Shown: positions 7,810 to 18,030, counted from the first letter of the stretch. The stretch is DNA of 64,000 nucleotides from Candidatus Saccharibacteria bacterium UBA1932 (GCA_002337095.1 DDFI01000001.1:57546-121545), one strand, 5' to 3'. Translations and numbers: made by a program. Notes: a model not told the origin generated them from the sequence alone.

Positions 7810-8991
7810 TCAGCTAGCAGGCTGACATCTCTCGAGCGCAACACCTACCGCATCACGCGAATCTACGCCCATCGCCAGTAGCCGATCGTAAACAATCACC
7901 CCTTGTTCATTCATAACTGACGCGTAATACATCGTGTCGCGTTCACCCATCCCGCCATTGCTGAATTCGTATGTCAGCGCATAGCCAGCCTTGCCAAGGT
8001 TGCTAATGAGCTGCTTGTATTGTGTATCATAATCTTTTGGGGCATCATATTCGAGTGCCGCAAGAAATGCTTTTTGCTGAAGTATTGTAATGACCTCTGC
8101 CGCCTTTGTCACCGGCGTGACCTTTTGGTAGTAGTGCGGCACAGTACCCGACTCGATCCAGCGGTTAACAAGCAGTGAGATCTTGCCCGCAAGCCTGTCG
8201 TTTTTGTGGACAGGCACATAGCCTTCTGCTGTGGGATCTATGTAGCGGCGCGCGATGTGCGATGTGTCAAATTCAAGCCACACTTCACCGACTAAGCGCT
8301 GGCTGTCTGCAAATATCTCATGGCGGTACGATACCGCACTTGGGTCTGCCGCGATCACTCCTGCGATATCAAGCGGCACCAGCTTTCTCTCGCCCTCGTC
8401 AATAACATCAATCATAGGATAGTAGTAGATACGCTGGTCGCGGGGCACGCTGCGATCTGCATATGTCGTGGTAGTCTCGGGATAGTCCGCATATGATACT
8501 TGACGCGTCTCGCGAGTCTCTACATCGGCCTGCATAGCAACCGCCGCTAGCCGTATATCGTCGATCGGAACAGGCTCACTGGTTTGCAGCCACGCCTCAT
8601 ATTCAGCGCGCACTTCCTGCGGAAAATCGTCAAGCTCCCACGACGCATCCGCCCCATAAGGTAGATAGTTGGGCACTTCGACGTATTTCGCAGCGAGATA
8701 TTCTGCGGGTGAAGAATAGGTTGCAATGACGCCAAGTGTACGCATGATCGAGGTTCGTTCGCGGGTGCGGCCTTCGACCCGCGTCGGGAGCTGCTCGGTC
8801 ACGGTAATATTCGTATCGGCAAGTTCGCCGACTGATCCATCCGGGCGGAGAACGACGCGCGAGTTGATACGGTCGAGATAATACGGAAGTTGGCGCGCTC
8901 GCCTGGAGATTTCGCTACTCATCATAGCCCTCCTAATGTCTCTGGTTGCGTGGAATGTATCTTCATAGTAGCCAGTATAGCGCTTTGACAA
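7810..8991 (-). CDS. Hypothetical protein (~370-393 aa)
   Basis: Long ORF; AGGAGG before ATG-ATG at 8925/8922 suggests a later start; no family recognised. Confidence 0.7.
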   Translation of the reverse strand: MSKRYTGYYEDTFHATRDIRRAMMSSEISRRARQLPYYLDRINSRVVLRPDGSVGELADTNITVTEQLPTRVEGRTRERTSIMRTLGVIATYSSPAEYLAAKYVEVPNYLPYGADASWELDDFPQEVRAEYEAWLQTSEPVPIDDIRLAAVAMQADVETRETRQVSYADYPETTTTYADRSVPRDQRIYYYPMIDVIDEGERKLVPLDIAGVIAADPSAVSYRHEIFADSQRLVGEVWLEFDTSHIARRYIDPTAEGYVPVHKNDRLAGKISLLVNRWIESGTVPHYYQKVTPVTKAAEVITILQQKAFLAALEYDAPKDYDTQYKQLISNLGKAGYALTYEFSNGGMGERDTMYYASVMNEQGVIVYDRLLAMGVDSRDAVGVALERCQPAS

Positions 8992-9042
8992 CGATCACTC
9001 TAGTCGACATATTTTACCTAACATCTGCTATGATGAAGGGGT

Positions 9043-9690
9043 ATGTTGCATCATATCCAAAAATCTATCTTTGATCGGCTGGCCACGGCCGAATCCCTGC
9101 GCTACGGCGAAATCAAGCCGGCCAAGCTCGACGGCAATGTGTTTGGGTATCATCTCAAGTCGCTCGTGTCGGCGCGTTTGATCGAAAAAAGGGACGACGG
9201 TAGCTATACGCTCACCGCTCATGGCCGCGACTATATCGTGCATCGCTACGAGACGGCGGGCACAGCCGCGCACACGATTTTTCTTATTGTGGTGCGAGCT
9301 GGCAACCGGTGGCTTTTGCGTCGCCGCACTGTGCAGCCGCTGATCGGCCGCGTGGGATTTGTGCACGGCGAGCCAACCGCAGGCGTTACTGTAGTTGAGG
9401 CCGCCGAAGCACGACTGCGGGCCAAAACTGGCCTCGCAGCAACGCTCACTGTACGGCTGCACGCCTTGATCAGCCAGTACGTTGGTGACGAACTCATGAG
9501 CTATTCGCACGCCATTATTCTCACGGGCGAAACGAGTGAAGATGAGATCATTGCCGCCGATGCAACCGGCGAAAACTTTTGGTTAGACACGCTAGAACTA
9601 CCCCAAATCCTTCCGAGTTGTCACGATATCGTTACTGCAATCGAGTCTGGTACGACGTGGATAGAGCTGTCATACCACTCTATTAATTGA
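9043..9690 (+). CDS. Winged-HTH + Nudix-fold protein, probable regulator
   Basis: N-terminal wHTH (LRYGEIKP...FGYHLKSL...Y.LT..G); C-terminal Nudix-like region with degenerate box. Confidence 0.75.
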   Translation: MLHHIQKSIFDRLATAESLRYGEIKPAKLDGNVFGYHLKSLVSARLIEKRDDGSYTLTAHGRDYIVHRYETAGTAAHTIFLIVVRAGNRWLLRRRTVQPLIGRVGFVHGEPTAGVTVVEAAEARLRAKTGLAATLTVRLHALISQYVGDELMSYSHAIILTGETSEDEIIAADATGENFWLDTLELPQILPSCHDIVTAIESGTTWIELSYHSIN

Positions 9691-9786
9691 CCTTATAGTT
9701 GACTATCTGGCTATTTCGTGCTATAAAGTACTATTAGTACCGGTCGACCGACCACGTACCTCGACAAACAGATCGTAGGAAAAACT

Positions 9787-9954
9787 GTGGCACGTCAACG
9801 ACGCCCGCGACGTCAGGTCCGAGTGTATCAAATCGAAGAGTTCGACACCGAACTGATCAACACGCTTCTCGATATCCCACCCACGCCCGCTCGGGACAGT
9901 CCCCAGCGCAACAGAGAGGAAACCGATGCAGGATCGACGCGCAACATCCGATAA
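9787..9954 (+). CDS. Putative small protein (55 aa)
   Basis: GTG after AGGA; MARQRRPRRQVRVYQIEEFDTELINTLLDIPPTPARDSPQRNREETDAGSTRNIR*. Confidence 0.4.
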   Translation: MARQRRPRRQVRVYQIEEFDTELINTLLDIPPTPARDSPQRNREETDAGSTRNIR

Positions 9955-10214
9955 TACGTGCAGTTGCCTGGCGTGCCAGGCAACTGCGGAGAAGAATCAC
10001 GCGGCTCAGTGGGCAATCCTGGCTCGTGGCAATGAGCAGCTCAAGCGGCTGAGAGAGGAGACTGTGCGTGACCACGCTGACGACACCCCGTCACGCTGCG
10101 CGTAAGTTCTCCTCGCCGTCATCATGGCAGACACATTGCTGTCGCCAGGGTGACTCCCCGGGCGATTTTGCGATCTGTTTGTCATGATGACAACTGCCAC
10201 GGCGTGGCGGTTTT

Positions 10215-13200
10215 TTATTTGGCGACGACGCAGTCGCTGCCCAGCAAATCGGTCAGCTTGGCAAGCAGCGGCTCATCGGCCTCGACACGAAATGGCATTT
10301 TGATGGCCGAGGATTTGTCGCGGCCCAGCACCAGTACGATATCGCTCTCGCCAGGATATAAGTTACAGGCCTGCTTGAGCGCAAGCAGCGAATCGTGATC
10401 GTCTGGTTTGGGGATTTGCACGTAGAGCGTGGGGAGTTTGAGCGCAGATGGCGGCCTAACAACGGCGGTCTCCGACCTGGCCGCTGCGGCCATGGTTTTG
10501 GCTGGGGGTGATTTGCGGCGGTAGGTTTTGGCCTGGCCGGCCGGGGCGGCCATCTTGCGACCGGTCGATTCGTAGCTGCGCAGCTCTGCTTCGGTGATCA
10601 TATCGATCTCGTCGGCGATCAGCTTGGCCTCGTCGCCTAGATTGCCGTCGCGATCACGCGCGCTGACGCGTCCGGTTGCCTTGATCACGACATCCTGCGC
10701 CAGGCGAGCGCCGATTTGCTCGTAGGTTTTGGGGAATACTAAGATTTCGGACTCGCCGGTTTTGTCTTCGATGCCGACAAATGCCATTTTGCTACCAGAT
10801 TTGGTGATGATGGTGCGAACTGTCGTGACCAAGCCGCCGATGGTGACTTTTTGGCCATCGATCGAGGGCTTCATGGCGACAAGCGGCATAGTCTGTTCGG
10901 TAAAAAACGCCTGGTAATTATCAAGTGGGTGCGCCGAAATATAGAGGCCCAGCAGCTCGCGCTCCCAGGCAAGCTGCTCCTTGGGCGTGTAGGCCACCGG
11001 CGCTGACGCCAGCGTCACCGTGGGGCGAATGGCGGCATCGCCGAGTAGATTGCCGAATAAGTCGGTCTGACCGCTGAGGGCTTCTTTTTGTAATTTGCTG
11101 GCAAATGCCAGAATGGTTTCGAGGTTGAACAACAGCGTAGAGCGATCACCCAGGCTGTCGAACCCGCCAGATTTGATAAGTGATTCGTAGACGCGTTTGT
11201 TTACCTTGCTGGTGCTGACGCGCTTGGCAAAATCCTCGATGCTAGTGAATGGGCCGTCCTCGCGGGCGCGCAGGATTTCCTCGACGGCACCCACACCGAC
11301 GCCCTTGACGGCAGCCAGGCCGAAGCGGATTTTTTGCTCACCCGGCACCACGGCAAATTCCTCGAATGATTGATTGACATCTGGCGCGAGCACCTCGAGG
11401 CCCATGTGCTTGCACTCGTTGATTTCGATGGCCAAACGGTCGATGTCATCTTGGTCGCTTGTCATCAATGCGGCCATGAATGCGTCGGGATAATGCGCTT
11501 TTAGGTAGGCTGTCCAGTAGGCGATCAGCGCGTAGCAAGCGGCGTGGGATTTGTTGAAACAATAGTTGGCAAACTCTACCAGCTGATCCCAAAATTTCTC
11601 GGCCAGCTCGGCCGGTGCACCACCATGGGTCACCGCGCCCTCGACAAATTCCGGCTTGATCTTGAGCATCAGGTCCATCTTCTTTTTGCCGACGGCCTTG
11701 CGCAGCGTGTCGGCCTGGCCACCAGTAAAGCCGCACCACTCCTTAGAAATCTGCATAAATTGCTCTTGGTACACCAGGATTCCGTAGGTGTTTTCGAGCG
11801 AATTCTGTAGCCCGGGATGAAGGTAGGTAATTTTTTCTTCACCGTGTTTGCGGCGGATGAAACTGTCGATAAATTGCATCGGACCCGGGCGATACAGCGC
11901 GACCATCGCGATGATATCCTCAAACTTAGTGGGCTTGAGGCCGCGCAGATAGCGCTTCATCCCAGCCGACTCAAGCTGAAACACGCCTGTGGTATCGCCG
12001 CGCTGGAATAGTTGGTAGGTCTGCTCGTCCTCGAGGCTCAGATGCGACAAATCGATAGTGGTGCCGTAAACTTTGCGGATAATACGCATGGCGTTGTTGA
12101 TAATCGTGAGGTTTGACAGGCCCAAGAAATCCATCTTGAGCAGCCCAAGATCCTCTACTTCACCCATCGGAAATTGCGTTGCGACGACGCCTTTTTGGGC
12201 TTGCTCGAGCGGGATGTATTTGACCAAATCGTCCGGCGCAATCACCACGCCACAGGCATGCACGCCGTGGCTGCGAATCGTACCCTCGAGCCGCATCGCA
12301 AAATCGAACACTTCCTTGGCGACGGGGCTTGATTCGTATTCATGGCGCAGATCCTGATCCTCAACGACGCTGGTTTTAAGCGGAATATGCCGGCCCTGCA
12401 CGGGAGGCGGAATCAGCTTGGCCAGACGATCCGCCTCAGCATATGGCACCTGCAGTACGCGCGCTACATCGCGCACCGCTGCTCGAGCTGCCATTTTGCC
12501 AAACGTCACGATGTTGGCTACGCGTTCGCTGCCGTATTTGTTAGCACAATATTCGATCACCTCGTCACGGCGTGTGTCCTGAATATCAATGTCGATGTCG
12601 GGCATCGAGATACGATCGGGGTTGAGGAATCGCTCAAACAGCAGGCCATATTTGAGCGGATCAAGGTCGGTGATATTGAGTGCGTAGGCGATGATGCTGC
12701 CCGCCGCGCTACCGCGTCCCGGCCCAAAAATAATGCCGCGATCTTTACCCCAGTTGATAAAGTCCTGAACGATCAAGAAATAGCCCTCAAACCCCATATT
12801 CGCCATGACCCCCAGCTCCATCGCAGCCCGGGCGGCAACATCAGGCTCCAAGCATGATTCGAGCGATGCGAGGTCCATGCTAGCAGCCTCGTCGCGAGTC
12901 CTGCCCGCATAGCGTACCGCCAGCCCCTGATACACCAGCTGCTTCAGGTAATCGTGCTCGCTACCGCCACCCGGTACGGGATATTTTGGAATCAAAATCT
13001 TGCCAAGTTCGATATCGACATGACACCGATCGGCGATGGCGCGCGTATTGGCCACTACCTCTGGATGATCTTTGCCCCAGCGAGCGATGATATCGCGCGG
13101 ATCGGTCAGGTGCAACTCGAATTCTTTCAGGCTCATGCGTTTTTGGTCGCTCAGGAACGCACCAGTGCCAACACATAGCAAAATTTCGTGCGCGTCTTGA

Positions 13201-13886
13201 TCCTGATGATCCAGATAGTGGCCGTCGCAAGTAACTACGCAGGGAATATCGAGCTCGCTTGATAGCCTAAACACACCATCGTTGATTTTGCCCTGCATAT
13301 CCCACCGGCTCGGCGCGTCAGGATGACCGTGGTCCTGCAGCTCCAGGTAGTAGCGGTCGCCAAACACTGATTTATACCACTCTGCCGCCTGCCGCGCCTT
13401 GTCGTAATCGTCATTCATGAGCGCATCACCAACTTCGCCGCCAGCGCAGCCGCTTAGTACAATCAGCCCCTCATTATGCAATTCGAGTAGCTCGCGATCC
13501 ATGCGGGGCTTGTAATATTTGCCCTCGAGCTCAGCCTTGGAGGCCAGCGCCATCAGGTTAGCAAGGCCGGTATTATTCATCGCCAGAATAGTCAGGTGAT
13601 AGCGTGTTTTGTCCTTGGCGGGATCTCGATCGTGACGCGAGCGCGCCGCAATATAGGCCTCGATACCAAGGATCGGCTTGATACCCTGAGCCTGCGCTGC
13701 CTTGTAATAGTCGAGTACGCCGCTCATCGTGCCGTGATCTGTAATCGCGGCGGCCTCCATCCCTAGCGATTTGACACGCTCGGCCAGCTCATCGATCTTC
13801 GTCAGTCCATCTAGCAGCGAATGATGCGTATGGTTGTGTAAATGCACAAAATCCGATGGCTCCAAGGCCGCTTTTGTATTCCCCAT
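10215..13886 (-). CDS. dnaE: DNA polymerase III alpha subunit
   Basis: PHP domain (HLHNHTHHSLLDG), GRGSAAGS, FERFLNPDRISMPDIDID, KMDFLGL, FNKSHA, OB-fold; 1223 aa with no intein-sized insertion. Confidence 0.99.
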   Translation of the reverse strand: MGNTKAALEPSDFVHLHNHTHHSLLDGLTKIDELAERVKSLGMEAAAITDHGTMSGVLDYYKAAQAQGIKPILGIEAYIAARSRHDRDPAKDKTRYHLTILAMNNTGLANLMALASKAELEGKYYKPRMDRELLELHNEGLIVLSGCAGGEVGDALMNDDYDKARQAAEWYKSVFGDRYYLELQDHGHPDAPSRWDMQGKINDGVFRLSSELDIPCVVTCDGHYLDHQDQDAHEILLCVGTGAFLSDQKRMSLKEFELHLTDPRDIIARWGKDHPEVVANTRAIADRCHVDIELGKILIPKYPVPGGGSEHDYLKQLVYQGLAVRYAGRTRDEAASMDLASLESCLEPDVAARAAMELGVMANMGFEGYFLIVQDFINWGKDRGIIFGPGRGSAAGSIIAYALNITDLDPLKYGLLFERFLNPDRISMPDIDIDIQDTRRDEVIEYCANKYGSERVANIVTFGKMAARAAVRDVARVLQVPYAEADRLAKLIPPPVQGRHIPLKTSVVEDQDLRHEYESSPVAKEVFDFAMRLEGTIRSHGVHACGVVIAPDDLVKYIPLEQAQKGVVATQFPMGEVEDLGLLKMDFLGLSNLTIINNAMRIIRKVYGTTIDLSHLSLEDEQTYQLFQRGDTTGVFQLESAGMKRYLRGLKPTKFEDIIAMVALYRPGPMQFIDSFIRRKHGEEKITYLHPGLQNSLENTYGILVYQEQFMQISKEWCGFTGGQADTLRKAVGKKKMDLMLKIKPEFVEGAVTHGGAPAELAEKFWDQLVEFANYCFNKSHAACYALIAYWTAYLKAHYPDAFMAALMTSDQDDIDRLAIEINECKHMGLEVLAPDVNQSFEEFAVVPGEQKIRFGLAAVKGVGVGAVEEILRAREDGPFTSIEDFAKRVSTSKVNKRVYESLIKSGGFDSLGDRSTLLFNLETILAFASKLQKEALSGQTDLFGNLLGDAAIRPTVTLASAPVAYTPKEQLAWERELLGLYISAHPLDNYQAFFTEQTMPLVAMKPSIDGQKVTIGGLVTTVRTIITKSGSKMAFVGIEDKTGESEILVFPKTYEQIGARLAQDVVIKATGRVSARDRDGNLGDEAKLIADEIDMITEAELRSYESTGRKMAAPAGQAKTYRRKSPPAKTMAAAARSETAVVRPPSALKLPTLYVQIPKPDDHDSLLALKQACNLYPGESDIVLVLGRDKSSAIKMPFRVEADEPLLAKLTDLLGSDCVVAK

Positions 13887-13998
13887 ATCTTTAGTATTAT
13901 ACCGAATATGGCTATGGTTGTCTGTAGTAAAGATAACAATTGCGTTTGCAATGCCGTATTGTAACGCCCGTATTTGCCATGTGCGCTATACTATTCAT

Positions 13999-14223
13999 AT
14001 GCTATACGAATATCGTTTTCGCGCAGGTTTTTATATTTGTCTTGCACTGTCAGTAGGAGTCACCGCATTGTCTATCAACAAAGCCTTTGCCGATACCTAT
14101 CACCCCGAGGGGCCGAACGCATTTTTGCACACAATCCTTTTTGCGGTTGCCATTGTGCTTGTGATCGCCGCGATTTACTGCAAATATCGTGATACCAAAG
14201 AAAATGTCGACTCTCTGAGATAA
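13999..14223 (+). CDS. Small two-helix membrane protein (74 aa)
   Basis: MLYEYRFRAGFYICLALSVGV...LFAVAIVLVIAAIYCK; two hydrophobic segments. Confidence 0.55.
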   Translation: MLYEYRFRAGFYICLALSVGVTALSINKAFADTYHPEGPNAFLHTILFAVAIVLVIAAIYCKYRDTKENVDSLR

Positions 14224-14309
14224 TGAGAGAAGCGTTGACAGTTATTAACTTGCTCATTTACAATAAAGAGGCACGGTACTGTGCAACTGTCTCGATCGGA
14301 GTTAAGAAC

Positions 14310-14636
14310 ATGTCCAAAGTGAAGTCACGTCTTACCGCTGCCGTCACTTGTACTCTTGCCGCGGGGGCTCTCGCTGTCGCCGCTCCCAGCACTGCTCAAG
14401 CGGCAAGTAATGGCGTCAATATCGCCGCGTACTGCTCAAGTAACTACGGCGATGCTGTGGCCGTCTTGCGCGGTAACACCGTCATGGACTGGAAGTGCAA
14501 CGTCGGGTGGTGGATCATCTACCGCTGGGATGTTTCGTTAAGCGGCTCAGACATGACGCAGGCATGCCGCAATCAGGGTTGGCGGAGTGCGCGCTATGCG
14601 AACTACAACGACCCAATGAGCTGGTACTGCGTCTAG
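14310..14636 (+). CDS. Small secreted 4-Cys protein with internal two-fold repeat
   Basis: Signal peptide ending AQA-A; repeats VNIAAYC...DWKC and SDMTQAC...SWYC; followed by a terminator hairpin. Confidence 0.8.
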   Translation: MSKVKSRLTAAVTCTLAAGALAVAAPSTAQAASNGVNIAAYCSSNYGDAVAVLRGNTVMDWKCNVGWWIIYRWDVSLSGSDMTQACRNQGWRSARYANYNDPMSWYCV

Positions 14637-14650
14637 CACCCTCCATCGAG

Positions 14651-14682
14651 ATGGCCCTATCTGAGTTTCGGATAGGGCCTCT
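14651..14682 (+). terminator. Hairpin after the secreted-protein gene
   Basis: GGCCCTATCTGAG-TT-TCGGATAGGGCC (imperfect stem). Confidence 0.6.
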
Positions 14683-14777
14683 CTCATGTTGAGCGAAAGT
14701 TTGATACGTAAATCCAACGGAGGATATCAAGCCATAAGATACTTATGCTAAATATGCTACAATGACTATATATAGTT

Positions 14778-15464
14778 ATGGATGCAGGCCCTCGATCACC
14801 AATTATTCTGCTTAACTCCGTCTGCCGTTATTACAAGGTGGGCGACATTACAATTACTGCGCTGCACGACGTTAGTCTATCTATTCATAGCGGAGAATTC
14901 ATCTCTATCTGCGGCCCAAGCGGTGGCGGAAAGAGCACATTACTACAAATCCTAGGGGGTGTTGATCGTCCGGATAAAGGGGATTTAATTATTAACAATG
15001 TGTCTTTAAATAAATTAAATGATGCGGAGCTAAGCAGATTAAGGAATAGAGAGATTGGGTTCATATTCCAATCTTTTTATCTCCAGCCGTTTCTGACCGT
15101 TCGCGAGAACGTCCTTGTTCCGGCTATGTTCGCCGGTGAAGACAAGAAGAAGCGTCAAACATACGCTGATGAACTATTAGAATACATGGGCCTAAGTGAG
15201 AGGGCGGCACATCTACCAAGCGCACTTTCTGGTGGCCAAATTCAACGCACAGCAATCGCAAGAGCGCTTATCAATAAGCCTAATATTATTCTTGCCGATG
15301 AGCCAACGGGAAATTTAGATTCACGAAATGGGAAAAATGTAATCGACTTATTAAAAGCAATTCGCCAAAAATATGGCACAACAATAGTAATTGTCACTCA
15401 TGACCAACTCATTGCTCGGCAAGCCGATAGATCCTATACTCTCATTGATGGAAGGTTGATTTAG
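14778..15464 (+). CDS. ABC transporter ATP-binding protein (LolD/MacB-like)
   Basis: GPSGGGKSTLL, LSGGQIQR, ILADEPTGNLD, VTHD. Confidence 0.95.
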   Translation: MDAGPRSPIILLNSVCRYYKVGDITITALHDVSLSIHSGEFISICGPSGGGKSTLLQILGGVDRPDKGDLIINNVSLNKLNDAELSRLRNREIGFIFQSFYLQPFLTVRENVLVPAMFAGEDKKKRQTYADELLEYMGLSERAAHLPSALSGGQIQRTAIARALINKPNIILADEPTGNLDSRNGKNVIDLLKAIRQKYGTTIVIVTHDQLIARQADRSYTLIDGRLI

Positions 15465-17438
15465 ATGATTAGTATATATGATGCAACACGCCTCGCCCAG
15501 ACGAAGCTACAGATCAAGAAGGGCTCCTTATTCATATCAATTCTTATACCGTCTGTATTATTTTCAATCGTACTCGCATTAATCATGGTCGGCACAGGCC
15601 TCTCCGAGGCTGCCACCTCTTTTACTAGTTATGTCTATAGACAAGGATACCCTTTAAAGATTTCCCCCGTTATCTCTGACGAGAACCTTCTGACCTATAA
15701 GAAAATATCTCTGACGACTGCAGATGTGCAAAAAATTAAACAATTTGAAATTAGTTACAATAATGAGCAAAAAAAGCTATATGATAAAGCAGGTGTGCAG
15801 TACGCTGCGCCACTACCCGAGAATGGTCTGCTTTTGCCCGACATTACCGCCCCTGATACCGTTCCAGCAAATGAAAGATACTTCCTAAATATTAACTCCC
15901 CTATCTATGGTAAATTCGAGCAAAGTGAGCTGTCGAACTACCTGAGATCGGCACCAAATAAACTGAGCTCGCTCAAGTCGCTTGCTGGTCGTTATAATGG
16001 CAGCGGTTTTTACAAAAGTTACCCAATTAAAATCGGGCAAATACCTGATCAGCGATTAATACTCGATGACAAAGAAGACCTGCGAGACCCCCATGCTTCT
16101 CCAGCTCAAGATAATACTATGTACGGATTGTTTACTAGGGCAGTACGTAATAGCTCATATCAAGTTCAAAACGACCCCTCCTTTACAAAATACATTACAT
16201 ACACGGACCCACCTTCGGAGCTACAAGGTATACCAGTTATCATTTCCGCTCAAGAAGCCGCCATCTTATTTGGTCAGAAATATAGTATCTCGAGTACGCC
16301 GCCAGCAGATGCCGCAGCAAAGAAACAATGGCTCCAGAGCGCACAAAAGGCACTTACCGGCAGGACTTACCAAGCCTGTTATCGCAATACAGCAGAACGG
16401 TCCTTGGTTAGTAAAATACAGCAAGATACACTGAATAACCACCTACATGATAACGATGAATTATACCAGGCTCCCACCTTGCAATATCAGTTGCCCTCAT
16501 CGCCATGCGGTGATATCACTATCAAGTCTGATAATCGAACTACGGCTGAAAAACAACGAGGACTAATAGAAATCGCTAATGCAAAAAAATTAGGTGTTTA
16601 CACGGCACCCTATCACGCAAAAGTAACCTACCAGATTGTTGGGCTTATTGATGCAGAGGCCTCTAAAACCAACAATTTTATTGATTTAGCAAAAGGATTG
16701 CTAACCGACACAGTGCCCATAAGCACCGCTATCATTCCTGAGCACTTATTCAGTAAAATACCTGAGACCTTAAAGTCAGCTATTAATACAACTGGTGAGG
16801 TCTCTGATACTAATAACGCCCTCGCCGATGAAAATATATCAGATACGACTATATTTTTTCATAGCATACAAGATGCGAGGGCATTCTTAAAAAATGAGGC
16901 ATGCGAGATGTGGGTGAGCCCATGCAGTAGACTTTATAAAGCCGCACCCGTAGGTTCAAACTATCTGATAATTGAAGATGTTATTCGAATGTTTAATACA
17001 TTCATTATATGGGCGCCGATCGTAGCTATGCTCCTGGCGGCTGCCGTACTGGCCGTAACCATTACTAGGGTTATTATAGATAGTCGTAGGGAGACCGCCA
17101 TATATCGATCCATGGGTGCGCGTAAACACGACATAGTCTTGATATACAGTATCTACGCCATCCTCATATCACTTAGAGTTATTGTTGTATCACTAGCCAT
17201 TAGCTTGATTATGGCGATAACCGTGCAGATTAGTTATGGTCAATATCTCCAAGATATACTTAACTTCTATGCGAATCCTCAGGCTGGGGCAGGCTTACGC
17301 GTTAACTTGATTGCCCTATCTTCCCCTAATTTACTTTATGTAATTCTTATTATCATTTTAAGTTGTATCTCGGCGGCAATTATTCCAATATTTCGAAATG
17401 TTATGCGCTCTCCAATTGAGGATATGCGTAGTGAGTAA
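15465..17438 (+). CDS. FtsX/MacB-type ABC transporter permease with large extracytoplasmic domain
   Basis: One N-terminal TM helix, long soluble region, C-terminal TMs with SRRETAIYRSMGA and PIEDMRSE; adjacent to the ATPase. Confidence 0.88.
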   Translation: MISIYDATRLAQTKLQIKKGSLFISILIPSVLFSIVLALIMVGTGLSEAATSFTSYVYRQGYPLKISPVISDENLLTYKKISLTTADVQKIKQFEISYNNEQKKLYDKAGVQYAAPLPENGLLLPDITAPDTVPANERYFLNINSPIYGKFEQSELSNYLRSAPNKLSSLKSLAGRYNGSGFYKSYPIKIGQIPDQRLILDDKEDLRDPHASPAQDNTMYGLFTRAVRNSSYQVQNDPSFTKYITYTDPPSELQGIPVIISAQEAAILFGQKYSISSTPPADAAAKKQWLQSAQKALTGRTYQACYRNTAERSLVSKIQQDTLNNHLHDNDELYQAPTLQYQLPSSPCGDITIKSDNRTTAEKQRGLIEIANAKKLGVYTAPYHAKVTYQIVGLIDAEASKTNNFIDLAKGLLTDTVPISTAIIPEHLFSKIPETLKSAINTTGEVSDTNNALADENISDTTIFFHSIQDARAFLKNEACEMWVSPCSRLYKAAPVGSNYLIIEDVIRMFNTFIIWAPIVAMLLAAAVLAVTITRVIIDSRRETAIYRSMGARKHDIVLIYSIYAILISLRVIVVSLAISLIMAITVQISYGQYLQDILNFYANPQAGAGLRVNLIALSSPNLLYVILIIILSCISAAIIPIFRNVMRSPIEDMRSE

Positions 17439-17618
17439 TGTCTCGCCCCGGGTAGAGTAGCTGAGTCTCAGAGAATTATTTTTCGGACACAGCCCCATTA
17501 AACATATTATCTAGCTCAGGTGGGCTGGCCCGAGTCGTTAATCTCCGTGCATGTATTATTGCTAGTCTAGACCTGGTAGCAACTTATACTGTACTCAGGG
17601 CCGAATAGCAACTAATAA

Positions 17619-17646
17619 CGGGCCGCCTAGGCATTGGCGACCCGTT
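17619..17646 (-). terminator. Hairpin downstream of the YtxH-like gene
   Basis: ACGGG-CCGCCTAGGCATTGGCGA-CCCGT imperfect stem between convergent genes. Confidence 0.45.
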
Positions 17647-17667
17647 GTGTTAGAGCTTCATCCGTGG

Positions 17668-18024
17668 CTATTTTTTGGTGCCAGGAGTGGGCTTTTTGGC
17701 CTCTGACTGAGCAGCCTCGAAGGCACGCTCGGCGCGTGATCGATAGTCAGCAGCACGGCCTTTTACTTCTTCGCTTTTGTCGGTAGCCACGCGGCGAGCC
17801 TCGTCGTACTTTTCGCTCGCGACTTTGCGGGCTTCGTCATATTTTGCTTCGGCTTGCTTTTTTACTTCGGTAGCTTTTTTGGTGGCGTCTTTTTTGACGT
17901 CTTCGGCCTTAGCCTTCAGCTCAGCACGAGTTTCCTTGCCAGATTTTGGAGCGGTCAACATGCCAGCTACGATGCCGACTAGTGCGCCAAACACTGCACC
18001 TACTGCGAATTTACCTTTTGCCAT
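17668..18024 (-). CDS. YtxH-domain protein
   Basis: FAVGAVFGALVGIVAGMLTAPKSGKETR motif followed by Lys/Ala-rich helix. Confidence 0.9.
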   Translation of the reverse strand: MAKGKFAVGAVFGALVGIVAGMLTAPKSGKETRAELKAKAEDVKKDATKKATEVKKQAEAKYDEARKVASEKYDEARRVATDKSEEVKGRAADYRSRAERAFEAAQSEAKKPTPGTKK

Positions 18025-18030
18025 AGTTGG

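Noticed and set aside
10006-10200. 64-aa ORF downstream of dnaE
   Set aside because: No RBS or promoter, no motif and atypical composition; not supportable
10215-13886. Intein in DnaE
   Set aside because: Length (1223 aa) and continuous motifs leave no room for an insertion; no C/S…HN junctions noticed
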